A program made the translations under genes and the position numbers. The notes under the pieces are model-generated. The model ran no database searches. It had not been told where the DNA came from and saw only the letters and a list, made by a program, of their open reading frames with translations. Shown piece after piece: positions 8,162 through 17,507 of a stretch of DNA of 64,000 nucleotides; within the stretch, counting starts at the first letter, position 1, and every line of letters begins with the position of its first letter. Source of the DNA: a bacterium (GTDB lineage Bacteria > Patescibacteriota > Minisyncoccia > Phycocordibacterales > UBA2100); contig JAJXVV010000002.1 in NCBI GenBank assembly GCA_021781955.1, forward strand, positions 74,730 to 138,729, read 5' to 3'.

Positions 8162-9919
8162 ATGAACCTCTCAAAATTCACGATCTTCGGGGTCGTTGCG
8201 GCCGCAGTGCTCTTGAGCGCTAACACGGCGTTCGCTCAGGCGAGCTACCTCTACAGCAGCGGCTCGTGCACGAATCTCGCCCAGGATCTCTCGTATGGGC
8301 AGCGCGGGACCGATGTTTCTGCTCTGCAGAGTTTCCTCGTGAGCCAAAATTACCCTGGCGGCGGCTCGTGGATGGTCACCGGCTATTTCGGCCAGGCGAC
8401 CGTGCAGGCGGTCCGCAACTTCCAGCAAGCGCACGGTTTGCCGATGACCGGCGCGGTCGACGCGTCGACGCGTGCGGCCATCAACAGCGCTTCGTGCGGC
8501 ACTTTTCCCGGTCTCGGGGGTACCGGCTACACGTACAATTACGATTACAGCTACCAGTGGCCGTACTCCGGCGCGAGCCCGTACACCAACAATTATAACT
8601 ACGGGTTCAACTACAACTACGGCTACAACAACTACAATCAGTGTGGCACCTATCCCTACTACTACCCGTGCTCCAATTACTCCTCCTACGGCACGGCGCC
8701 GCACATCACGTCGTTCTCGCCGACCATCGCCTCGCCGGGTTCGACGGTGACCGTGTACGGCACCAACTTCGATCTCTACAGCAACACGGTTTACGTGGGC
8801 GGTACGACGCTCTCCGGCATACCGTCGCAGAACGGTACGGCCATAACCTTCACGATGCCCGCGACCATGAGCGGGAGCGTTTCGGTCTCGGTCGGCAACG
8901 CGTATGGCACGAGCAACTCGCTCACGATCCAGATGAGCGGATCCGGTTATCCGTACAATTACAACTACCCGCCGTACAACTACCCGTGCGGCTACAACGG
9001 ATATGCTTGCCCGAATGCGCAAACGCCGGTCGTGACCTACCTCTCGCCGCAGCAAGGCGCGGTGGGCGCCTCGGTCACCGTGTACGGCTACGGCCTCAGC
9101 TCGACCGGTAATTCGGTGCATTTCGGCAATGGCATCATCGCCAACCTGATGTCGGTCGACGGTCGCTCGGTCTCGTTCGTCGTGCCCTCATCGCTCTCCG
9201 GTTACGGCTACCAGCCGATCGGCCTCGGCACGTACCAGGTATCCGTCACCAATAGCGACGGGCTTACGAGCAACGCGCTGCCGTTCACCATCACCTCGAC
9301 CTCGCAAGGCGGCAACGTGAGCATCACCAACGTGAGCGGCCCCTCGACCCTTGGCATCGGGGTGTCGGGCACGTGGAGCATCACGGTGCAGAACCCTTCG
9401 AGTTCGTACCTTTCGACCTCGGTCAATTGGGGCGACAGCGGCTACTACGCGCCGTCGACGCAGCAAGCGAACGTCTACTCCGGCTCCAACACGCTCACGT
9501 TCTCGCACGTCTATAGCGCAGGCGGCACCTACACCATCACCTTCACGGTAAGCAACGGGGCGGGGCAATCCGCGACCGCGACCGCGAGCGTCTCGGTATC
9601 CGGCACAGGCGGCCAGGGCGCGGTCACCATCAACTCCATCTCGCCGACCCAAGGCTCGATCGGTACGCAGGTCGCGATCTACGGCTCCGGCTTCGACGCG
9701 TACAACAATACGATCCATTTCGGCTCCGGCGGCACGATGCACGTACCGAGTCAAAACGGCGTCATCTATTACACAGTGCCGTCATACCTCTCGCCGTGCG
9801 ATGTCTCAAGCGGCGGCATCTGCCCGATGTACGCGCAGCAAGTTACCTCCGGCTCGTACCCGATCTACGTGACCAGTCCCAACGGCACGAGCAACACCCT
9901 CTCGTTCCAGGTGCAGTAA
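8162..9919 (+). CDS. Secreted surface protein: peptidoglycan-binding domain, IPT/TIG repeats and PKD-like domain
   Basis: Signal peptide (AFA); LSYGQRGTDVSALQSFL...TGYFGQATVQAVRNFQ; three ...SP....G..V..YG repeats; Tyr/Asn-rich linkers. Confidence 0.85.
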   Translation: MNLSKFTIFGVVAAAVLLSANTAFAQASYLYSSGSCTNLAQDLSYGQRGTDVSALQSFLVSQNYPGGGSWMVTGYFGQATVQAVRNFQQAHGLPMTGAVDASTRAAINSASCGTFPGLGGTGYTYNYDYSYQWPYSGASPYTNNYNYGFNYNYGYNNYNQCGTYPYYYPCSNYSSYGTAPHITSFSPTIASPGSTVTVYGTNFDLYSNTVYVGGTTLSGIPSQNGTAITFTMPATMSGSVSVSVGNAYGTSNSLTIQMSGSGYPYNYNYPPYNYPCGYNGYACPNAQTPVVTYLSPQQGAVGASVTVYGYGLSSTGNSVHFGNGIIANLMSVDGRSVSFVVPSSLSGYGYQPIGLGTYQVSVTNSDGLTSNALPFTITSTSQGGNVSITNVSGPSTLGIGVSGTWSITVQNPSSSYLSTSVNWGDSGYYAPSTQQANVYSGSNTLTFSHVYSAGGTYTITFTVSNGAGQSATATASVSVSGTGGQGAVTINSISPTQGSIGTQVAIYGSGFDAYNNTIHFGSGGTMHVPSQNGVIYYTVPSYLSPCDVSSGGICPMYAQQVTSGSYPIYVTSPNGTSNTLSFQVQ

Positions 9920-10015
9920 AAATGCCGGACGAAGCGCCCGAGAAGATGCTCGCGGGTTCCTGTCGATAGTGGATAGCGCGGCTCTGCGCATCTCTCGCCG
10001 CGGTACAATGGCGGC

Positions 10016-10186
10016 ATGGCGAAGAATGGTCCGAAAGGGAAGGGGCGCTCGGGTACGGTAAAGAGCCGCACGCAGGTATTGAGCGGGCGCAACAAGCGCT
10101 GGACGAAGATCGACGCGAAGACCGGCCGTTTCATGGATCAGATGGCGAAGAGAGGGCGCGCGTTCAAAGGCGTGAAAATGAAGTAG
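10016..10186 (+). CDS. Small basic hypothetical protein (56 aa), not in the ORF track
   Basis: MAKNGPKGKGRSGTVKSRTQV...WTKIDAKTGRFMDQ...FKGVKMK; TACAAT 6 nt upstream. Confidence 0.7.
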   Translation: MAKNGPKGKGRSGTVKSRTQVLSGRNKRWTKIDAKTGRFMDQMAKRGRAFKGVKMK

Positions 10187-10218
10187 CGCGTGAGCGTGCC
10201 GCGCGGTACCATACATGC

Positions 10219-11298
10219 ATGTTGCGCACCCCGTTCTACGATCCGGAGAGGTCGTATGAGGATAACTACGATGCGGGCCCGTTCGGTGCGCTCGCTGGGC
10301 TCGATACGTATCAGATGGACGGCGAACCGCAGGCCGATTTTCTCGGCCAGAGAGTGTACGCGCCGTTCGGCATTCCGGCCGGACCGCTCTTGAACAGTGC
10401 GTATTGTGCCGCCGCCTTCAAGAAGGGTTTTGATATCTGCGTGTACAAAACGGTGCGCAGCGACGCATTCCCGTGCCACCCGTTCCCCAACGTGCTCGCC
10501 ATCCATCCCGAGGGAGACCTCACGCTCGAAGCGCTCAAGCGCCCGCTCGTGACGGATGCCTCGTACACCGAGCCGCTTTCCATAACCAACTCCTTCGGCG
10601 TGCCGTCGAAAACCGCCGCCGCATGGCAAGAAGACGCGAAGAAGGCGGTCGAGGCCGCCGGCAAAGGCCAAGTGCTCGTGTTGAGCTTCATGGGGACGGT
10701 GCGACCCGGCCAGACGGAGCAGGAATTCATCGACGACTACGCGCTCGCGGCGCGAATGGCTGCGGAGACCGGCGCGAAAGTGCTCGAAACCAATCTCTCA
10801 TGCCCAAACATCGGCAATGAGGGTTTGGTGTGCTACAACCTCGACGTTACCGAGAAGGTCGTCAAAGCCATACGCAAGGAGATCGGTTCGACGCCGCTCG
10901 TTCTCAAGGTCGGTTACTACCAGAACGACGCGGATATGGAGCGCCTCGCGGAAGCGGTGAATGAGTACGCGGATTCGGTCGCCGGCATCAATACGCTACA
11001 GGCTGAGATACGCAATGCGGCAGGGGAACAGGCGCTGCCCGGCTCGCCAGCACGTTTGCGCAGCGGCGTGTGTGGCGCGGGCATTCGCTGGGCGGGACTC
11101 GGCTTCGTGGAGCGCATGCACGCGATACGGGAGAGGCGCGGATTCTCATTCTCGATCGAAGGTGTCGGCGGAGTGATGAACGCAGAGGATTACAAAACGT
11201 ATCGCGACCTCGGCGCTGATTCGGTCATGAGTGCGACGGGCGCGATGTGGGACCCATACCTGGCGAGGGAGATAAAGGAGGCGTACCCGCATGCATAG
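10219..11298 (+). CDS. Dihydroorotate dehydrogenase-like FMN oxidoreductase
   Basis: PFGIPAGP, YKTVRS, NLSCPN and GVGG motifs. Confidence 0.8.
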   Translation: MLRTPFYDPERSYEDNYDAGPFGALAGLDTYQMDGEPQADFLGQRVYAPFGIPAGPLLNSAYCAAAFKKGFDICVYKTVRSDAFPCHPFPNVLAIHPEGDLTLEALKRPLVTDASYTEPLSITNSFGVPSKTAAAWQEDAKKAVEAAGKGQVLVLSFMGTVRPGQTEQEFIDDYALAARMAAETGAKVLETNLSCPNIGNEGLVCYNLDVTEKVVKAIRKEIGSTPLVLKVGYYQNDADMERLAEAVNEYADSVAGINTLQAEIRNAAGEQALPGSPARLRSGVCGAGIRWAGLGFVERMHAIRERRGFSFSIEGVGGVMNAEDYKTYRDLGADSVMSATGAMWDPYLAREIKEAYPHA

Positions 11299-12277
11299 CG
11301 AGATGCGAGAAAAGATCGCGCATGCGATCGGTGAGCGGGTTTTCCCGGGATGCGTTGTCGGTACCGTGAATAAGGGCGGTGAACGCGAAGTGCTTCCATT
11401 CGGTCGTTTTACGTACGAAGCCGATTCGCCGGACGTGCGAGCCGACACGGTCTACGATCTCGCGTCGGTGACGAAATCCATCCCTGTCGCTTCGCTTGCG
11501 CTCACGCTCATGGGCGAGGGAATTTTGCGGCCTGATGACTTGGTGCGCGGCCACCTGCCGGAGGTGCGGAATGATCATGGCGCGACCATCGAAGATCTGT
11601 TGACCTATCGCGTGAAAGGACCGCGTTTCTCGGCGCTTGCGAGCAAAACACCAGAAGCATTCACGCGTTACGTGCTTGAGCGCGGATTCGACGGGCCGCC
11701 AGGCGAGAGCGTGTATAGCAATATGCCAGCGTTCTTACTTGGAATGGTCGTGGAGAGAGTGTCGGGCGAGCCGCTTGAGCGGCTCGCCAGCTCTCGATTT
11801 TTCGGACCGTTCGGTATGCGCGACACCTCGTTCTTTCCCGTCGACGTGAGCCGTATCCCGCCGACCGAGGTCGTGCAGGGCAACGAAGTGCGCGGCATCG
11901 TCCACGACGAAAGTGCGCGCGTATTCTCGCGCGCGCGCCGAGCCGTCGGCCATGCGGGTCTTTTCTCCACCGCGCCCGATTTGTTGGCGTTCCTCGAACG
12001 CCTGCTTCAGGGCGACATGCCCGCCGTGCTTGAAGGCGCTCAAAAAGGGTGGGGCTGGCAGTCTTCTGGCACCTTTTTGGGTCGCGAAGTGCGACCGGGC
12101 GCGTTCGGCAAGACCGGTTTTACCGGCACCTCGGTTTCGGTTGACGTCGCGCGAGGCATCGCGCTTGTGATTCTGGCAAATCGCACGTATCCGATGCGCC
12201 CCCTTGACGCCGCTTCACCGCATTCGGCGATGAACGGATTTCGCGCGGACATCTCCGATCTCGTTTTTATCGAATAA
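11291..12277 (+). CDS. Serine hydrolase, beta-lactamase class C family
   Basis: LASVTK (SxxK), YSN, GHAGLFS and KTGFTG. Confidence 0.88.
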   Translation: MHSEMREKIAHAIGERVFPGCVVGTVNKGGEREVLPFGRFTYEADSPDVRADTVYDLASVTKSIPVASLALTLMGEGILRPDDLVRGHLPEVRNDHGATIEDLLTYRVKGPRFSALASKTPEAFTRYVLERGFDGPPGESVYSNMPAFLLGMVVERVSGEPLERLASSRFFGPFGMRDTSFFPVDVSRIPPTEVVQGNEVRGIVHDESARVFSRARRAVGHAGLFSTAPDLLAFLERLLQGDMPAVLEGAQKGWGWQSSGTFLGREVRPGAFGKTGFTGTSVSVDVARGIALVILANRTYPMRPLDAASPHSAMNGFRADISDLVFIE

Positions 12278-12278
12278 A

Positions 12279-12307
12279 AAAACATTCCTCGTTCGTCGAG
12301 GAATGTT
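12279..12307. terminator. Bidirectional terminator
   Basis: aaacattcctcg-ttcgt-cgaggaatgttt. Confidence 0.7.
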
Positions 12308-12516
12308 TAAGCCGGTCTTGAAGAGGGAGGTATGGTATTCGTGATCTCCTGTACCTGCCGATTGCACGTGCCAGCATTGAAACCGTCTTTATACGCAACA
12401 CTGCGTCCGCGGGGCTGCAGGTTTCGTGAGCCGTCCTCTTCGCCGATGTTCCATCGACGCCAGTTCTCGGGTTCTTTCTCACGATCATACGGGTTTGTGT
12501 AATACGCGCCGTACAT
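12307..12516 (-). CDS. Small hypothetical protein (69 aa)
   Basis: GGAGG SD before ATG 12516; ends at the terminator. Confidence 0.55.
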   Translation of the reverse strand: MYGAYYTNPYDREKEPENWRRWNIGEEDGSRNLQPRGRSVAYKDGFNAGTCNRQVQEITNTIPPSSRPA

Positions 12517-12621
12517 GGCCGCCTCCATTTGCGATGGTTCCCATCCTAATTTATACGCTACCTCTCGCTCCAGGTACTGTCAACCCGTTTCCCGTTCAAA
12601 CGTGCTACAGTAGTCGTCTCT

Positions 12622-14448
12622 ATGTGCGGGATATTCGCGTACACGGGCAAGGGGAAGAAGGACGCCGGGAAGGTGCTTCTCGACGGTCTGCTGTCGCTTG
12701 AGTACCGCGGCTACGACTCGGCGGGCATCTTTACGCCGGAGAGCGGCGCGGTAAAGACGCCGGGCGCGGTCAAAGAGCTGCGCAAAAAGGTGTCGAAAGA
12801 TTTCTCCGGTAAAAGCGGCATCGCGCATTTGCGCTGGGCGACCCACGGCGAGCCGACCGCCAAGAACGCGCATCCGCATTCGGATTGTGGAGGGGAGCTC
12901 TGGCTCGTGCATAACGGCATCATCGAGAATTTCAAAGAGCTCAAGGAAAAGCTCGCCAAGCTCGGCCACACGTTCCGCTCTGATTCCGACACCGAAGTAT
13001 TAGCGCACCTGGTGGAGGAGTACCTGGGAAAGACGCGGGATTTCGAAAAGGCCGCGCTCAAAGCGCTCAACGACGTGCGCGGCACCTATGGCATCGCGCT
13101 TCAGTACAAAGGCGAGCCGGACAAGCTTATTGCCGCGCGCATGGGCTCCCCGATCGTCATCGGCCTGGGGAACGGCGAGCATTTCATCGCCTCCGACCCA
13201 TCGCCCATTCTGCCGCATACCAAGAAGGTCGTATTCCTCGAGGATGGCGAGGTGGCGGTGCTGACACCGCAGAAACACGTCATACGGAAGCTCGATTCAT
13301 CACAGGTGCGGCGCAATGCGACCGAGATAGAGTGGAGCGCCGAGCAGGCGCAGAAGGGCGGGTACGAGCACTTCATGCTCAAGGAGATCATGGAAGGACC
13401 CGAGGTGATCGAGAACACCTTGCGCGGCCGGCTCTTGCCGAGCAAGGGCGATGTGAAGTTGGGCGGCCTTGAGAGCGTCGCCAAGAAGCTTGCAAAGATC
13501 GAGCGCATCATCATCGTCGCGTGCGGTACGGCCTACTACGCGGGCTTAGTGGGCGAGTACATGCTCGAGGAACATGCGGGCATTCCGGTGGAGGTGGAAC
13601 TCGGCAGCGAGTTCCGCTATCGCCATCCGGTCCTCAACGAACGCACGGCCGTGCTCGCCATATCGCAGAGCGGCGAGACGCTCGACACGCTCGAGGCCGT
13701 GCGCGAGGGCAAACGCCGCGGTGCGCTCACGCTCGGCATCGTCAACACGGTCGGCTCGACCATTGCGCGTGAGACCGATGCGGGCGTCTACAATCATGCG
13801 GGTCCCGAGATCGGCGTCGCCTCGACCAAGGCGTTCGTCTCGCAGCTGACCGCGCTCGCGCTCCTCACGATATTCCTCGGCCGGCAGCGCGGCATGAGCC
13901 CGAAGGAAGGCAAGCGGATCGCCAGAGAGCTCGCTGCACTGCCCAAGAAGCTGCAGGCGATACTCGATCGTCACGGTGACATAGAAAAACTCGCGAAGCA
14001 GTACGGCTTTGCGCGGGATTTCCTGTATCTCGGCCGCCGGTACAATCTCCCGGTCGCGTTCGAAGGCGCGCTCAAGCTCAAGGAGATTTCCTACGTGCAC
14101 GCCGAAGGGTGCGGTGCCGGCGAGATGAAACACGGCCCCATAGCGATGATAGACGAACGATTCCCGACGGTCGCGCTCGCGCCCATGGACAGCATGTACG
14201 AGAAAATGATCTCCAACATCCACGAGATAAAAGCGCGCAGAGGGCCGGTCATCGTCGTGGCGACCGAGGGCGACAAAGAGGTAGGGAAGCTCGTCGAGGA
14301 CGTGCTCTATGTGCCGAAGACGATCGAAATGCTCGAGCCGATACTCAATGTTGTGCCGCTCCAGCTCTTCGCCTACTACTTCGCGCGCGCGAAGGGATTG
14401 AATGTCGATAGGCCGAGGAATTTAGCAAAATCCGTGACGGTCGAGTAA
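12622..14448 (+). CDS. glmS: Glutamine-fructose-6-phosphate transaminase
   Basis: MCGI start, EYRGYDSAG, RWATHG, SQSGET, PRNLAKSVTVE. Confidence 0.98.
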   Translation: MCGIFAYTGKGKKDAGKVLLDGLLSLEYRGYDSAGIFTPESGAVKTPGAVKELRKKVSKDFSGKSGIAHLRWATHGEPTAKNAHPHSDCGGELWLVHNGIIENFKELKEKLAKLGHTFRSDSDTEVLAHLVEEYLGKTRDFEKAALKALNDVRGTYGIALQYKGEPDKLIAARMGSPIVIGLGNGEHFIASDPSPILPHTKKVVFLEDGEVAVLTPQKHVIRKLDSSQVRRNATEIEWSAEQAQKGGYEHFMLKEIMEGPEVIENTLRGRLLPSKGDVKLGGLESVAKKLAKIERIIIVACGTAYYAGLVGEYMLEEHAGIPVEVELGSEFRYRHPVLNERTAVLAISQSGETLDTLEAVREGKRRGALTLGIVNTVGSTIARETDAGVYNHAGPEIGVASTKAFVSQLTALALLTIFLGRQRGMSPKEGKRIARELAALPKKLQAILDRHGDIEKLAKQYGFARDFLYLGRRYNLPVAFEGALKLKEISYVHAEGCGAGEMKHGPIAMIDERFPTVALAPMDSMYEKMISNIHEIKARRGPVIVVATEGDKEVGKLVEDVLYVPKTIEMLEPILNVVPLQLFAYYFARAKGLNVDRPRNLAKSVTVE

Positions 14449-14457
14449 CTCGTCCAG

Positions 14458-15510
14458 CTAGATTTCCACGAGCTCTTCCCACGGCCTGCCGGCGACGCCG
14501 AAGTGCCCGTACGCGGCCGTTTCCCGGAATATCGGCCGGGTGAGCCCGAGCCGCTCAATAATGGCCTGCGGGCGGAAGTCGAAGTGCTTCGTCACCACGG
14601 ACGTGAGGTTCTTGCCCTTGTCGTCGAATGCTTCCACCATGACGGGCTCAACGCGTCCGATGGCGTAGGCGACGGAGACGAGCGCCTTCTTCGCGTGGCC
14701 GTTCGCGACGAGATTTTTCGCGGCGAAGCGGCACATGTACGCGGCAGAGCGGTCCACCTTGGTCGCATCCTTTCCTGAGAACGCGCCGCCGCCGTGCGGC
14801 ATGAGGCCGCCGTACGTGTCGACCATAATCTTGCGGCCGGTCAGCCCCGCATCGGCCGCGAAGCCGCCGATCTCGAATTTGCCCGTGGGGTTGACCAGTA
14901 TCTCGATGTTTTTCGTCGAGCCCAAGATCGGCGTAAAGAGGTGCTTGATGAGCTCTTTACGAATGTCCTCCTGCGAGATCTTCTTGTCATGCTGCGTCGA
15001 GGTGAGCGCGGTGATGACCTTGCCTTGGGAGATGGTGACTTGCGTCTTGCCATCGGGCTTGAGCCACTTGAGCGTGCCGTCGCGGCGCAGCTTTTCCAGA
15101 CGGCGCGCGAGCGCGTGCGCGAGCACCACGCCTTTGGGCAGGTACTCTTTCGTCTCATTGGTGGCGTAACCGTACATGATGCCCTGGTCGCCGGCGCCGC
15201 CCACGTCGACGCCTATCGCAATATCGGGCGACTGCTTCGCGATCGTGTTGAGGACTTTCAGTTTCTCCGTATAGCCGATATCGCGATACACCTTGCGCGC
15301 GATTTTCTCGAAATCGACCTTCGCCCTCGTCTTCACTTCGCCGCCGAGCATGAGGGTACCGTGGCTGCCGAAACTCTCGACCGCGACGCGCGAGAGCGGG
15401 TCTTGCGCGAGACAGGCGTCGAGTATCGCGTCGGATATCTGATCGCACACCTTGTCGGGGTGGCCGCTGGTAACGCTCTCGGTCGTGTATCTTTCTAAGA
15501 GGTGGAACAT
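14458..15510 (-). CDS. metK: S-adenosylmethionine synthetase
   Basis: ESVTSGHPDK, GAGDQG and GGGAFSGKD signatures. Confidence 0.97.
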   Translation of the reverse strand: MFHLLERYTTESVTSGHPDKVCDQISDAILDACLAQDPLSRVAVESFGSHGTLMLGGEVKTRAKVDFEKIARKVYRDIGYTEKLKVLNTIAKQSPDIAIGVDVGGAGDQGIMYGYATNETKEYLPKGVVLAHALARRLEKLRRDGTLKWLKPDGKTQVTISQGKVITALTSTQHDKKISQEDIRKELIKHLFTPILGSTKNIEILVNPTGKFEIGGFAADAGLTGRKIMVDTYGGLMPHGGGAFSGKDATKVDRSAAYMCRFAAKNLVANGHAKKALVSVAYAIGRVEPVMVEAFDDKGKNLTSVVTKHFDFRPQAIIERLGLTRPIFRETAAYGHFGVAGRPWEELVEI

Positions 15511-15524
15511 GTCGGCAACAAAAT

Positions 15525-15541
15525 ATCTCCCTGAGGGAGAT
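15525..15541 (-). terminator. Riboswitch expression-platform terminator
   Basis: Minus strand atctccc-tca-gggagat followed by ATTTTGTT, just before metK. Confidence 0.65.
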
Positions 15542-15552
15542 TATTGATAATG

Positions 15553-15648
15553 CGTATCATCCCACCAGGCTGGATGGAGCACCTTGTCTTTCTCGGATAG
15601 GTTGCCGGCGGGTCATCGAGCCAGTTCTCTTGCCGCGCTCTTGATACG
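15553..15648 (-). promoter_or_regulatory. SAM-I family (S-box) riboswitch
   Basis: Minus strand cgtATCAAGAG...ACTGGCTCGATGACCCGCCGGCAACC...AAGGTGCT...GATacg with P1 cgtatc/gatacg, upstream of metK. Confidence 0.88.
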
Positions 15649-15695
15649 ATATTCAGTTGTAGGGGAATACTAGCACGCGCCCGCGGCCGCGCAAC

Positions 15696-16706
15696 TCACG
15701 CCAAGAAATGCACGCCGGCAATCTTCGCGATGAGAGCGGCGAGACGCTTGGGGTCGTGGCGCACGAGCGAGCTCTCGACTTTCGGCGTACCGGTCTTCGA
15801 GAGGGGAGCGAGCGAGGAGAGCAGGTTGCTGCCGAGGAGCGTTCGGCCTTCGGGCAGGTCCTCCCACGAGGTGAGGGTGTCGCCTTCGCGGGCGTACCGC
15901 TTCAGGAGCTGCGGCGAAGGTTTCTTGTCGTTGTAGATGACCACGTCCACCTTGCTGCGGAGGTATGTTTCAAGAAGCGCGGTGTAATCGGCGACGCTGT
16001 AGTTCTTGGTATGCTCGAGCTTCGTCATCAGGTTGCAGACGAATACCTTTTTCGCGTGGCTCTTGCGTATCGCCTCCGGTATCCCTTTGACGAGGAGGTT
16101 GGTGACCAGGCTCGCGTAGAAGTTGCCCGGGCCGATGACGATGACGTCGGCTTCGCGTATCGCATCGAGCGCTTTCGGGTTGGCGCGACCGGCCGGTTCG
16201 AGCCAGAGCTTTTTCAGCGCACCGTTGAGCTTCGTCATTTGTATCTTCTCCTCGCCGTGGACGACGCGCGCACCGACCTGCGCGACGAGGTCGACGCGAT
16301 CGAGCGTGACCGGTACGACGCGGCCATTGATGCGCAAGAGCGTGCTCGCGGTCTCCACGGCCGCATCGAACGAACCGGTCATTTTTTCCAGCGCGGAGAG
16401 AAAGAGGTTGCCGAACTTGTGCCCCGAGAGCCCGCCCTTGTCGAAACGGTAGTCCATGAGCGTGCGCATCTGCCGGCTTGAGGAAGAGAGCGCCACCAGA
16501 CAGCGCATGACGTCGCCAGGAGGAAGCACACCGAGCTCGTCGCGCAAACGTCCGGTCGAACCGCCGCTGTCGGACATCCCGACGATGGCGGTGAGCGCGA
16601 AGGGATACTTCTTGAGGCCGCGCAGCGCCGTGTAGGTGCCGGTGCCGCCGCCGATGACCACTACCCGCTTTTTGCGCCGCTCCCGTGCCATACCCATTCG
16701 GGCCAT
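15696..16706 (-). CDS. yvcK: YvcK/GlmR (CofD-like) UDP-GlcNAc-binding protein
   Basis: IGGGTG, DSGGSTGRLR, PPGD and IGPG motifs. Confidence 0.9.
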   Translation of the reverse strand: MARMGMARERRKKRVVVIGGGTGTYTALRGLKKYPFALTAIVGMSDSGGSTGRLRDELGVLPPGDVMRCLVALSSSSRQMRTLMDYRFDKGGLSGHKFGNLFLSALEKMTGSFDAAVETASTLLRINGRVVPVTLDRVDLVAQVGARVVHGEEKIQMTKLNGALKKLWLEPAGRANPKALDAIREADVIVIGPGNFYASLVTNLLVKGIPEAIRKSHAKKVFVCNLMTKLEHTKNYSVADYTALLETYLRSKVDVVIYNDKKPSPQLLKRYAREGDTLTSWEDLPEGRTLLGSNLLSSLAPLSKTGTPKVESSLVRHDPKRLAALIAKIAGVHFLA

Positions 16707-16844
16707 ACTATCTAGAAAGTGGCCTGGCGTCCATGATCATTCCCAGCCTTGCTTGGCGGCACTCTTCCCGGTACCGGTGCGCGGGCAGGACGATGCGGTG
16801 ATCGGCCGCTCGCTCGAAGTGCCGATAGTGATACAGTAGGCCGC

Positions 16845-17507
16845 ATGGAGCGGGAGGAAGAACGACGGGTGCGTGCACGCAAGCTAGTCGCTTACCTGAA
16901 AAAGACTTACCCGAAGCCGAAGACCGAACTCGTGTACCGCACGCCGATGCAGCTCGTCGTGGCAGTCGTACTTTCCGCGCAGGCGACCGACAAACAGGTC
17001 AACAAGGTGACCGCGACGCTTTTTAAGAAATACAAGACCGCGAAAGATTTCGCGCGAGCGGATGCGCGCACGTTCGAGAGGGAACTATCATCGCTCTCAT
17101 TCTTCCGCAATAAGGCGAAAGCAGTACGAGCGGCCGCGAAAGTCATCGAAGATGACTTTCGCGGCAAGGTCCCGCGCACTGTCGCCGAACTCACGAAACT
17201 TCCCGGCGTCGGCTACAAGACCGCCAATGTGATCCTAGGAGAGCTCTATGACATCTGGGAAGGCATCCCGACCGACACACACGTGAAGCGGTTCGCGAAG
17301 CGTTTCGATCTCACCGATGAGAACGACCTCAAGAAAATATCGCATGACCTTGAACGTTTGATCCCTAAAAAAGACTGGAAGTACGTCAATAACGGTTTTG
17401 TCCTCTATGGCCGCTACGTCTGTTCGGCGCGTCCGCACGACTGCGCAGATCATCCACTCACCGGATTATGGTCTCAGGCCGCAAAACGCTGGCCGAAAAC
17501 ACGTTAG
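16845..17507 (+). CDS. nth: Endonuclease III
   Basis: LSAQATD, HhH LPGVGYKTAN, DTHVKR. Confidence 0.92.
   Translation: MEREEERRVRARKLVAYLKKTYPKPKTELVYRTPMQLVVAVVLSAQATDKQVNKVTATLFKKYKTAKDFARADARTFERELSSLSFFRNKAKAVRAAAKVIEDDFRGKVPRTVAELTKLPGVGYKTANVILGELYDIWEGIPTDTHVKRFAKRFDLTDENDLKKISHDLERLIPKKDWKYVNNGFVLYGRYVCSARPHDCADHPLTGLWSQAAKRWPKTR

Noticed and set aside
12530-12621. glmS ribozyme
   Set aside because: Upstream region is short, lacks the ribozyme core, and has a -10-like element directly before the ATG
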